Shown piece after piece: positions 11,363-22,202 of a stretch of 22,202 nt of DNA. Under the pieces are notes generated by a model that was not told the DNA's origin, searched no databases, and was given only the letters and a program-made list of their open reading frames with translations. This DNA comes from Macrostomum lignano (lineage: Eukaryota). Position 1 is the stretch's first letter, and every line of letters starts with the position of its first letter. Location: contig NIVC01002125.1 of the NCBI GenBank assembly GCA_002269645.1, forward strand, positions 180,428 through 202,629. Direction: 5' to 3'. A program made the translations under genes and the position numbers.

Positions 11363-12281
11363 ATGTGTGTCCAGTGTCCATTGTTAATCAGCTCAATATC
11401 TGTCCAGTGTCTATTGTTGATCAGCTCAATGTCTGTCCAGTGACCACTGTTGATCAGCTCAATGTCTGTCCAGTGTCTATTGTTGATCAGCTCAATATCT
11501 GTCCAGTGTCCATTGTTGATCAGCTCAATGTCTGTCCAGTGTCTATTGTTGATCAGCTCAATATCTGTCCAGTGTCCATTGTTGATCAGCTCAATGTCTG
11601 TCCAGTGACCATTGTTGATCAGCTCAATGTCTGTCCAGTGTCTATTGTTGATCAGCTCAATGTCTGTCCAGTGACCATTGTTGATCAGCTCAATGTCTGT
11701 CCAGTGACCATTGTTGATCAGCTCAATGTCTGTCCAGTGTCTATTGTTGATCAGCTCAATATCTGTCCAGTGTCTATTGTTGATCAGCTCAATGTCTGTC
11801 CAGTGTCTATTGTTGATCAGCTCAATGTCTGTCCAGTGTCCATTGTTGATCAGCTCAATGTCTGTCCAGTGTCTATTGTTGATCAGCTCAATGTCTGTCC
11901 AGTGTCTATTGTTGATCAGCTCAATATCTGTCCAGTGTCTATTGTTGATCAGCTCAATGTCTGTCCAGTGTCTATTGTTGATCAGCTCAATGTCTGTCCA
12001 GTGTCTATTGTTGATCAGCTCAATGTCTGTCCAGTGACCATTGTTGATCAGCTCAATGTCTGTCCAGTGACCATTGTTGATCAGCTCAATGTCTGTCCAG
12101 TGTCTATTGTTGATCAGCTCAATGTCTGTCCAGTGACCATTGTTGATCAGCTCAATGTCTGTCCAGTGACCATTGTTGATCAGCTCAATGTCTGTCCAGT
12201 GACCATTGTTGATCAGCTCAATGTCTGTCCAGTGACCATTGTTGATCAGCTCAATGTCTGTCCAGTGTCTATTGTTGATCA
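11363..12281 (+). repeat. 33-bp minisatellite (TGTCCAGTGTCTATTGTTGATCAGCTCAATGTC)n, ~28 copies
   Basis: Period 33 with a few recurrent variants (GTGTCT/GTGTCC/GTGACC; AATGTC/AATATC). It explains the 319-aa and 313-aa repeat ORFs on opposite strands. Confidence 0.98.
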
Positions 12282-12640
12282 TTTTAACACCTTCTCAATG
12301 CCTGTTTAGTGTCCATTTACCACCCGAAAATTGACTTCTTGAACAATTTTCATTGACTGTCTACAGATGAACACAATCTCTTACTCAGAATAGTTGTAAT
12401 TGGTCATTTAAGTGTAACTAATAGAAAATCCGCAACAACAGCTGCAGTTCTGAGCAAAGCAGATGCTCAGCTATTTCAGAGAGCTACGCGCTCCCTGCTC
12501 TGATGATCCCCTATTTGCTGGTATGGGCGGTAGTCCTCAAGCCCGGCTCTCTCTCCCACTTATTCTGGCCAGGGGAGGCCCTCTCTTCTCAGTAATTTGA
12601 AGGCTCGACAAGACTCGAGTGTGGTGCAGCATCTCCCGCA

Positions 12641-12946
12641 ATGGCAAAGAAGCGCCGCCTCTCTGTCGGTCTCACAAAGCGGCTTACAGCTAAAAGAGGA
12701 AAGAGAGCCAAGGACGGAAGCAGACGGCCACTCCACCCCCCTCCTTTGCGCCTTCAATGTCCAAAAAGCCAAAGGGATTTTGCGCAGTCTAATCTCTGTC
12801 GCTTTGCTGCTGGGCTAACCAGAGAAAAGGACAGCGAAAAAGCAGAAGAAGAGCGAAGACCATTCGGCGCCTTTTTCAACTTATTTCACAGACTTGCTGA
12901 GGACAGGCAAGTCGAAAAGGAAGCCGTGTCCGCTACTATTATGTAG
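12641..12946 (+). other. Short basic ORF (101 aa) of unknown significance
   Basis: ATG-initiated, Lys/Arg-rich N-terminus (MAKKRRL...). No recognisable domain; may be non-coding or a TE remnant. Confidence 0.15.
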
Positions 12947-13034
12947 CTTATGCAGTGCATCCACGAGCAACTGGGGAACTTCTGCTTTTGGTGACCCTCA
13001 CGGTAGCTACGTAAAAATTATCATGGTACTACAG

Positions 13035-13366
13035 GGAGGCGCAGCCTAATAGTCTAGCGCGGCGCTCTGCTGTGCCAGCGGCCCAGGCTCGATTCCAAGT
13101 GCAGTCGCATTAATTTGAAGCTAAATTGGAATCTCGGCTTGGGTCTCTCTGCTCAAGGCACAATGAAGTGTACATGCCTAACGATAAATAAAGTTGGGGC
13201 CGCTTTACACTCCTGTGTGAGTGTGCACCTGTGCGTCTGACTGCGTACGTATCCGCACGCTTGTGTGCCTGCTCAGGGGAGTCGGCAGATTGGGATTAGT
13301 TGTCACTTAGAGTGCGTCAGGGCGCACACAGCCCCCTGCCTCGAATAAAAATTTATTAAAAAATTA
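13035..13366 (+). mobile_element. tRNA-derived SINE-like element (~330 bp)
   Basis: Box-A-like CAGCCTAATAG (13042-13052) and box-B-like GGCTCGATTCC (13086-13096) at tRNA spacing (44 bp). Anticodon-like stem GGCGC/GTGCC (13061-13076). Unrelated GT-rich body, then an A-rich end GAATAAAAATTTATTAAAAAATTA. No convincing target-site duplication seen. Confidence 0.6.
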
Positions 13367-13927
13367 ATCTGCGTGTGGAAATTAAAATATTTATTTTATT
13401 GAACTGGCCAGTCGAAGTGGAGGACGTGAGGCTGACGTGTTGCGTGTTACTCGTACTTTGGTAAAGCACTCAAAATTTTCCCGGCTTTATTTACAAAAAA
13501 CCGGCAGAGATTCGTTTAACTGACACTACTACTATAAGTAATGCAAATATTGAATGCGTTCATTGAAAAAGTTTTCTTGCATTTGTATCTTCAGCATGAA
13601 AAAAAGCATGAAAATCTTGGGGATTAATCTAATATTAGTATTAGAATTATATAAATCCAATTCTTCCAAATTATGCATATGCAGTTGGAAGTCACGGAAA
13701 GGTTTAAAAAAGTTGGCCTTAAATAAAAATTTAGTGAATTTTGTGGTGTCGCTTTTTTTACATGAAATATTCTAAAGTAGTAATTAAGGTTTTAAAGTGC
13801 AGACTACCCCGGAGTATTATTATACAACAAGTAGATAAACCAATAAGTTTTCGACGTTCAGTATTCAAGAAGCGCCCTTTCAATATACGCTCGAACATAG
13901 ACTGGTATTCAACCACCCTCCGCAAAG

Positions 13928-14846
13928 TCCAAACTTTAGTATACATGGACTAGCATTCAACCCCCCCCCGCCCCCTTAGTATACATGGACCCCCCCCGCC
14001 CCCCAAAGTTTAGTATACATGGACTAGCTTCACCCCCCGCCCCCAAAGTTTAGTATACATGGACTAGCATTCAAGCCCCCCCCCAAAGTTTAGTATACAT
14101 GGACTAGCATTCAACCCCCCCCCAAAGTTTAGTATACATGGACTAGCATTCAACCCCCCCAAAGTTTAGTATACATGGACTAGCATTCAACCCCCCCAAA
14201 CTTTAGTATACATGGACTAGCATTCAACCCCCGCCCCCAAAGTTTAGTATACATGGACTAGCATTCAACCCCCCAAACTTTAGTATACATGGACTAGCAT
14301 TCAACCCCCGCCCCCAAAGTTTAGTATACATGGACTAGCATTCAACCCCCCCAAACTTTAGTATACATGGACTAGCATTCAACCCCGCCGCCCCCAAAGT
14401 TTAGTATACATGGACTAGCATTCAACCCCCCCAAAGTTTAGTATACATGGACTAGCATTCAACCCCCCCCCCAAAGTTTAGTATACATGAACTAGCATTC
14501 AACCCCCCCGCCCCCAAAGTTTAGTATACATGGACTAGCATTCAACCCCCCCCAAAGTTTAGTATACATGGACTAGCATTCAACCCCCCCCCAAAGTTTA
14601 GTATACATGGACTAGCATTCAACCCCCCCAAAGTTTAGTATACATGGACTAGCATTCAACCCCCCCAAACTTTAGTATACATGGACTAGCATTCAACCCC
14701 CCGCCCCCAAAGTTTAGTATACATGGACTAGCATTCAACCCCCCCCCCCAAAGTTTAGTATACATGGACTAGCATTCAACCCCCGCCCCCAAAAGATAGT
14801 ATACATGGACTAGCATTCAACCCCCCCCCCAAGTTTAGTATACATT
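13928..14846 (+). repeat. Minisatellite with constant ~30-bp core (AAAGTTTAGTATACATGGACTAGCATTCAA) separated by variable poly-C/CCCGCCCCC tracts, ~24 copies
   Basis: 24 GTATACA-centred cores counted. Unit length varies ~37-43 bp, almost entirely through the C-tract. Confidence 0.96.
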
Positions 14847-16355
14847 GTTAGCGAAAAGGAATAGTATAGTATTCAACCCCCGCCGATGATCAGTTTACGC
14901 ATGCATCGTATTTTATAACTACTCGTAGTTTAGTACTGGTTAAATTTAGTTGACAAAAAATTATTCATAACTTAAACTTAATAACTTAAAACGCACCACT
15001 TCTACCTAAAATATTATAGCCATATTCCAAAGTACTTATTTCATCTATACGAATATAGCTAGCTAGGAAAATCGAATACTTTAAAGGTCCCGATGAACTC
15101 AGTGCAGTTTGTCTGTGCTTGTCTGGCCCACCCGTTCGCGACAAAAAATGTTCATAAATTAGTTGGGACTTTTCATCTAAATGGCCGACATTACCGTCAG
15201 ACAGAGTTCATTATTCAACATCTTTTGTGCGTGGAAAGCCACTCGGAAATCAGACTGACTAATTTCCACTCGAATTACACGGAATCGACAAATGGGACCT
15301 GTGGTCCTGTTAATAATTAGATAACGGGATTCGACTGTCAGGGGCCCGGGGACAGTAATATAGAATTCTTTGCCTGTTTTTGCTACAAATGTGCCGAAAA
15401 TACACTGAAAGTGTGGTTTTGGCGTTGGTGCTTTGTCGGTAATTTCTTCAGGTAAGGTAGCCGGACAGACCGAAGCATCATGGCTGCCCGTGCAAACTTT
15501 AAATTTTGCAAATCTGCGAGCACAAAAGTTGGAAAGATTTTAATGAAACTCTGACAATTTTTAGGTTAGTTAAATTTAGAACAAATTGGGATTGTAGCTT
15601 GCAGAAGATTTTTTCACTAGTTCGAGCTATTTATGTTTTACGCTTGAAAAAATGCCGCTCTCCCGTTCCTCGATTTCTAGCTCGTATATCAGTTTTTTTT
15701 CACATTCAAAACAAATGCGGAGTTTTCACTCGCGCCCATATGCCGCCACACCTGTTTGCCTGCCCCGTAGTCAGGTTTCGCTGCTCTCCCTCTCCCTCCC
15801 TCTCTTGCCAGCGCTTCCTGTTGAAAATTTCCCCACTCCACGGCATGGCATCCTTCGCCACTCTTCCTTCCGATGTCTCATCTCGCTCTTCCTCCCCTCG
15901 CTAAATCCCCGAGCCTCAGCAAGTCTATAGGAAGCTCTCTCGTCAGGCCCTCGGTCGCGCGGCGCTGAACTGGATTGGACAACGAGACGAAAGCTCGCAG
16001 ACGGAAGGAAATTTGGGGAACGGATGAGGGCGCGGGGCGGAGGACTAAAGATTCGGAGTAGCTGAAATCAAAAGTGGATTTCTTGACTGGCGATTGCTCG
16101 AGCTCGGGGCATCATCCCAGCGCCCTTGGTGAATTTTACCTCTGACTCGGCACTCAGAAGGGTAGAGATTCCACTGTATCTCAGAATTTTTACGCATTGT
16201 TTTTTTGCACACACAGAGCCAGCATTCTTATCGTGTCGTTTCGGCGAAATATTTTGTCTAAGGCGTACACCCTTTTGAAGGTTAGTATGAATGCATTATT
16301 TGATTTTATACATCTATCTAAATATTATCATTTTACACATCTAAAAGTGACCTAG

Positions 16356-16829
16356 CTGTGTTGTTTATTTGAGGTGTCGTTATTAGTGAAGGAATGATGT
16401 GGTTGTGTTGTGTTTATTTGAGGTGTCGTTATTAGTGAAGGAATGATGTGGTTGTGTTGTGTTTATTTGAGGTGTCGTTATTAGTAAAGGAATGATGTGG
16501 TTGTGTTGTGTTTATTTGAGGTGTCGTTGTTAGTGAAGGAATGATGTGGTTGTGTTGTGTTTATTTGAGGTGTCGTTGTTAGTGAAGAAATCAGGTGATT
16601 GTGTTCTGTTTATTTGAGGCGTCGTTATTAGTAAAGAAATGAGGTGGCTGTGTTGTGTTTATTTGAGGCGTCATTATTAGTGAAGAAATGAGGTGGCTGT
16701 GTTGTGTTTATTTGAGGCGTCATTATTAGTGAAGAAATGAGGTGGCTGTGTTGTGTTTATTTGAGGCGTCATTATTAGTGAAGAAATCAGGTGGCTGTGT
16801 TGTGTTTATTTGAGGCGTCGCATTAGTGA
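16356..16829 (+). repeat. 49-bp minisatellite (GTGTTGTGTTTATTTGAGGYGTCRTTATTAGTGAAG(G/A)AATGAKGTGGYT)n, ~9.7 copies
   Basis: Period 49 (e.g. TATTAGTGAAG at 16381 and 16430); two variant blocks. Confidence 0.96.
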
Positions 16830-17112
16830 GTTCACTGAGAATAATTGCATACGGGCTAATCAACTGAGCAGCTTAATAATTAAAATGTCACTCCTGGAGA
16901 GCGAAGCAGGCTTTGCTGCTAAAATTTTGCTTTCTCAACTCCAGCTGGAAGCGGAAGTCAAATCGATGCTTTCGATGCATCGTCATTGCCAATTTTAGCG
17001 GATTCCCGCTGCATAGGGTCACGCATCGACTGCCAACAGTATTGAGGGGGAGTTCATTGCTGGCTCGAAATTTCTGAGAGCAGAGAAAATATGCCTAATT
17101 TACCGATCAACT

Positions 17113-18198
17113 TGCAGCTACTTAAGTACCAGGGTATCTGTGGGAGGGATATGACATCAGATAGGCGGTAAGTGACCAATCTACATGCAGTTACTTAAGT
17201 ATCTGTGGGAGGGATGTGACATCAGATAGGCGGTAAGTGACCAATCTATATGCAGTTACTTAAGTATCTGTGGGAGGGATATGACATCAGATAGGCGGTA
17301 AGTGACCAATCTACGTCATGCAGTTACTTAAGTATCTGTGGGAGAGATATGACATCAGATAGGCGGTAAGTGACCAATCTACATGCAGTTACTTAAGTAT
17401 CTGTGGGAGGGATGTGACATCAGATAGGCGGTAAGTGACCAATCTACATGCAGTTACTTAAGTATCTGTGGGAGGGATGTGACATCAGATAGGCGGTAAG
17501 TGACCAATCTACATGCAGTTACTTAAGTATCTGTGGGACGGATATGACATCAGATAGGCGGTAAGTGACCAATCTACATGCAGTTACTTAAGTATCTGTG
17601 GGAGGGATGTGACATCAGATAGGCGGTAAGTGACCAATCTACATGCAGTTACTTAAGTATCTGTGGGACGGATATGACATCAGATAGGCGGTAAGTGACC
17701 AATCTACATGCAGTTACTTAAGTATCTGTGGGAGGGATGTGACATCAGATAGGCGGTAAGTGACCAATCTACATGCAGCTACTTAAGTATCTGTGGGAGG
17801 GATATGACATCAGATAGGCGGTAAGTGACCAATCTACATGCAGCTACTTAAGAATCTGTGGGAGGGATATCACATCAGATAAACGGTAAGTGACCAATCT
17901 ACATGCAGTTACTTAAGTATCTGTGGGAGGGATGTGACATCAGATAGGCGGTAAGTGACCAATCTACATGCAGTTACTTAAGTATCTGTGGGAGGGATGT
18001 GACATCAGATAGGCGGTAAGTGACCAATCTACATGCAGTTACTTAAGTATCTGTGGGAGGGATGTGACATCAGATAGGCGGTAAGTGACCAATCTACATG
18101 CAGTTACTTAAGTATCTGTGGGAGGGATGTGACATCAGATAGGCGGTAAGTGACCAATCTACATGCAGCTACTTAAGTATCTGTGGGAGGGATATGAC
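17113..18198 (+). repeat. 65-bp minisatellite (CTGTGGGAGGGATGTGACATCAGATAGGCGGTAAGTGACCAATCTACATGCAGTTACTTAAGTAT)n, ~16.7 copies
   Basis: Period 65 (e.g. 17401, 17466), high homogeneity, internal palindrome TACTTAAGTA. Confidence 0.98.
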
Positions 18199-18782
18199 GG
18201 CTGAGGCGGCTGAGGTCGCAGCGGCAGTGACAGCAGCGATTCAGTTTAAGCTCAGAGAGGCAGAAGATGAAGATTGAAAAGCTCGCTATGCGCTGAAGCC
18301 ACTGCGTTGGGCAGGGGGAATCAGATTTAAAGAAGACCCGTTGTTACTATGGCCGCTGAAGCGATGCCTCCACAACACTAGGTGCTGCTGCACAATGGGT
18401 CTGGGTGGTCTCAGTGCACATCTGGGCCAGGGGCTGGAAGCAGGCATGCAGGCGCACAAAGAAGCTTCAAGCCAGCATCCTGTATGAAAAGGCAACTCTG
18501 GCAAAATCCCCGACCCCAATGGCAGAGCAGAGACTGGGGTTTGTCGGAGGCTGCTCTCATGGTAGAAGAGATTATAAAAGAGAGACGCTGCTGCCGTCTT
18601 TTTCCGTGGGAGGTGACGGAAGAGCGAAACGGTGCGCCAAGAGGGATCAAGAAATACTGCCGGATCGCCTCCCTCTGGTGTGCGCAGGAAAGCCCAAACA
18701 TTTTGTCCTTCACGCTGAATTTTCGAACGGAGAGCCACCCAGGAGGAAGCAACCGGTGGATTTCAGAAGAGTCCCAACTTAC

Positions 18783-19086
18783 TTGCAGCTTTGAAATGGT
18801 AGATTCTGAGCGCCAGGCAAAGGACTTTAATAGCATTAGAACCGCTTACAGAGATAAGCGCAGCAGACTCGGTGAGGACAGGAAATGTAATTAGGCCAAT
18901 CTGAGCAGCAAAGTGCAATATTTTCCCATTTACTATTTCCTCCGAGCTCAGGTGATGCCGTTTGCATGGGAAGCTGCGTCTGCAGACCAGGAATCGACTC
19001 TCCAATAGCGGCTGCGCCCAACGCGACGACAGCCGCTGAGCATCTTCACCTTCAGCAACAGCAGCAGCGGCGGCTTCAGGAAGCAA
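18783..19086 (-). CDS. Candidate coding exon with a possible divergent ankyrin-like repeat
   Basis: Open frame LLPEAAAAAVAEGE...NGKILHFAAQIGLITFPVLTESAALISV. Acceptor CTCCTTTGTAG (AG at 19088-19087) and perfect donor GTAAGT (18782-18777). Conflicts with a plus-strand candidate. Confidence 0.3.
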
Positions 19087-19136
19087 CTACAAAGGAGGGC
19101 CCCATCAACACAAGTGCCATTGCTGTACCAGTGCAG
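18952..19136 (+). CDS. Alternative candidate exon (Cys motif followed by poly-Gln)
   Basis: Acceptor TTTTCCCATTTACTATTTCCTCCGAGCTCAG (ends 18951) and donor CAG|GTAACT (19137). Open frame DAVCMGSCVCRPG...LQQQQQRRLQ...VPVQ. Confidence 0.3.
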
Positions 19137-20402
19137 GTAACTACAGGCACCGGCTCATTTGTGAAAAATATAAAATACGCTCGCTTGAGGCCTTCCCCAA
19201 ACGCTTCAAGCCCTCAGGAAAAAGCAGTTGGTTGGATTTCTAACAGCAGTTTAAGTATTTGCCTCCAAACATGGTGAATGCAACACTACAGGATTTTCAA
19301 GTGCAACGGTTTCAGGTTCACTGAGTACTTTTACTATAAATAATAAAAATAATACTCTCAGCTATTATGATAATTGGAGTCCATCACGCCATAAAACTTA
19401 AATTCTAAGATATCAGTTTCCATTCCGTGACAGTCTGACAGCGCTGAGATCTAGGATTTTAATAAGCTGACGAAAGAAATACCTAACTATACTGCCTCAC
19501 CAGCTCTTGCATCGAGAGGCATTGTCAGGGTTGCGGATTTGGCCGGGTTACGTGGCGGACTTCTGGGTAACAAGGGTGTGCATAAATTCACTGAGTGTCC
19601 ATAAAAGTTTTAAATTTGGGATTTCCGACTGCATTACTGTGTGCAGTTCGTTACTTTCGTTGTATCCAACTTGATTCGACTAGCTTAATAGGTTAGAACC
19701 GAACCTTCTGCAGAGTTAAGCAGAGTTGAGAATGGTTAGTTCGCAGTTCCGTAAGACCCCACCGTTGCTTGTGGCGGCTTTTTGCCTTTTTATAATATAC
19801 TGGATCGCCGATAGTGAAATCACTCATATGGACAAGAAAATCTGTTCTGTTGGCAGCCATTTTGCCGTTGTTAGTTAGGCTACTATGGCTCTCATTTGCC
19901 CTCAGGCAAGCTGCAAAGAATGCCTCCGAATAGGCGAACATCGTTTGGTTCTTGTCAACCGCGAGAATCAGGGGCCGAATGCTGCGCTGCTACTCATTTT
20001 GAAAGCGGCGAATGCATTGCCTGACACAAACTAGCAGCCGCTTCTCTGGCTGGGCGGCTTTGGAAATATGGAAAGTAGTTTTCCTTGCGCAAAGATGTAC
20101 AAGGTCCTGAGCTCGATTCCATATTTGGGTAGCAGATAAGAGGAATAAGCTATTTGGAAACTAGCAGCAGAATTTCATTATTTTTGACCAATTTTTTATC
20201 CATTCTCTGAGCTTCTGGTTAATGATACTTTGCTTCCAACCCGACGGGCCGCCCGAACGCAGCGAATTTCCGTCATGTCCATCCGAGAAGGCGTTGCTAT
20301 GCTAACGCCGACTGTGCGATTTCCGCAGGCGCTGGACTCGTCCGACGGCTGCAGGCGACCGTCAGCTGAGTCTGTCGGACTGGCATGGGTGCGACTGGGG
20401 CT

Positions 20403-20707
<305 letters not shown>

Positions 20708-21079
20708 TTCCTTTGTGGTCCCCCTGTTCTTGTGTTCTTGTCGGCAACCTGTTCAGCCAATTTACTAACACATCAGCAGCTCATACTAATATTGCTTCAC
20801 TCTGCAGTGGCCTGGAATGCAGCTGGCTCAAAAAGCTTTTGCAGCTCTGTTTGCGGTAGAAAATCCCGCGACTTCTGAATCTTTTTTCCTTAGAAGTTTT
20901 ACTCAGAAGATGAAAATTAGCCCAAGTAGATCAGAGAACTGGAGGTTGTGACAAAAAACTAATTTGCTCAGAGTAAGATGAGTGACATTGTCGTGAACAT
21001 TGTGTGCAGTCTTAAAACTATTTTGTAAGCTAACATCCGCGATGCTACTAACAGACGTTCTAATTACTCAAATTGTGTG

Positions 21080-21328
21080 CAACCCACCCCCCCTTCCTGC
21101 TCAACCCTCTCCGCCCCAGCAGCGCAACAGCGGCGGCCTTTTTGGCTTGGCGGAGAGGCGAGGAGACACAGCGGCTTCATCACAGCTGCCAGCCTCCAAC
21201 GGCGGCTCAGTTTCTCGGACTCGAGTGGTGCAGGTGAGGCCGGTGCCCGACCTACTGCGGCAGCCGAGGAGCCCAGGACGGATGCGATGCAGCGACGGGA
21301 AGAAATGCGTGAGAGCGGGTTTATATTG
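21080..21328. other. GC-rich coding-like island; strand and frame unresolved
   Basis: Several frames open on both strands. Plus-strand acceptor (pyrimidine tract ending CCCCAG at 21119) and donor CAG|GTGAGG (21234) would define a 114-bp exon, but other frames read equally plausibly. Confidence 0.25.
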
Positions 21329-22200
21329 GATCAGCAATCCATTCCATTCCCTTATCTATGATTGACTAGATCAGCAATCCATTCCATTCCCTTATCTATG
21401 ATTGACTAGATCAGCAATCCATTCCATTCCCTTATCTATGATTGACTAGATTAGCAATCCATTCCATTCCCTTATCTATGATTGACTAGATCAGCAATCC
21501 ATTCCATTCCCTTATATATGATTGACTAGATTAGCAATCCATTCCATTCCCTTATCTATGATTGACTAGATTAGCAATCCATTCCATTCCCTTATCTATG
21601 ATTGACTAGATCAGCAATCCATTCCATTCCTTATCTATGATTGACTAGATCAGCAATCCATTCCATTCCCTTATCTATGATTGACTAGATCAGCAATCCA
21701 TTCCATTCCCTTATCTATGATTGACTAGATCAGCAATCCATTCCATTCCCTTATCTATGATTGACTAGATTAGCAATCCATTCCATTCCCTTATATATGA
21801 TTGACTAGATTAGCAATCCATTCCATTCCCTTATCTATGATTGACTAGATTAGCAATCCATTCCATTCCCTTATCTATGATTGACTAGATCAGCAATCCA
21901 TTCCATTCCCTTATCTATGATTGACTAGATTAGCAATCCATTCCATTCCCTTATCTATGATTGACTAGATCAGCAATCCATTCCATTCCCTTATCTATGA
22001 TTGACTAGATCAGCAATCCATTCCATTCCCTTATCTATGATTGACTAGATCAGCAGCATCCATTCCATTCCGATTATATATGATTGATAGATTAGCAATC
22101 CATTCCATTCCTTATCTATGATTGACTAGATCAGCAATCCATTCCATTCCCTTATCATGATTGACTAGATTAGCAGTTCATTCCATTCCCTTATATATTA
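21329..22200 (+). repeat. 40-bp minisatellite (GATCAGCAATCCATTCCATTCCCTTATCTATGATTGACTA)n, ~22 copies, running to the window end
   Basis: Period 40 with occasional 39-bp units; degenerates near 22050-22200. Confidence 0.97.
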
Positions 22201-22202
22201 TT

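Noticed and set aside
13928-14846. CRISPR-like look (constant ~30-bp repeat with variable spacers)
   Set aside because: Spacers are only 6-11-nt poly-C tracts, not unique sequences; no cas genes; eukaryotic context.
18780-18890. DSERQ...KRSRLGEDR resembling a hAT dimerisation motif
   Set aside because: Lacks the conserved ER.FS spacing and the upstream W/P..LA..L motif; no TIRs found.

Overview
Eukaryotic (animal) genomic DNA, not prokaryotic: no operons, CRISPR or rRNA. About 37% of the window (~8.2 kb by my tally) is tandem repeat: ~9 unrelated minisatellites (14, 17, 33, 34/41, 36, ~37-43, 40, 49, 65 bp units) plus long (GATA)n and (GACA)n tracts, interleaved with short GC-rich coding islands rich in poly-Gln/poly-Ala. 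That texture suggests a flatworm such as Macrostomum (inference only). Best-supported genes: (i) a minus-strand exon encoding the N-terminus and TM1-TM3 of a class A GPCR, broken by two single-base, homopolymer-type deletions; (ii) an intronless plus-strand ORF (8123-9004) for an R9AP/R7BP (RGS9BP/RGS7BP)-like protein with a C-terminal TM anchor. There is also a tRNA-derived SINE-like element (~13035-13366). The most unexplained item is a compact ~140-nt structured segment (2946-3088) with paired ends, an internal box-A-like motif and a T6 tract, a candidate unannotated Pol III RNA. Most long ORFs in the supplied track are artefacts of tandem repeats. All alignments and folds were done by eye; none were computed.
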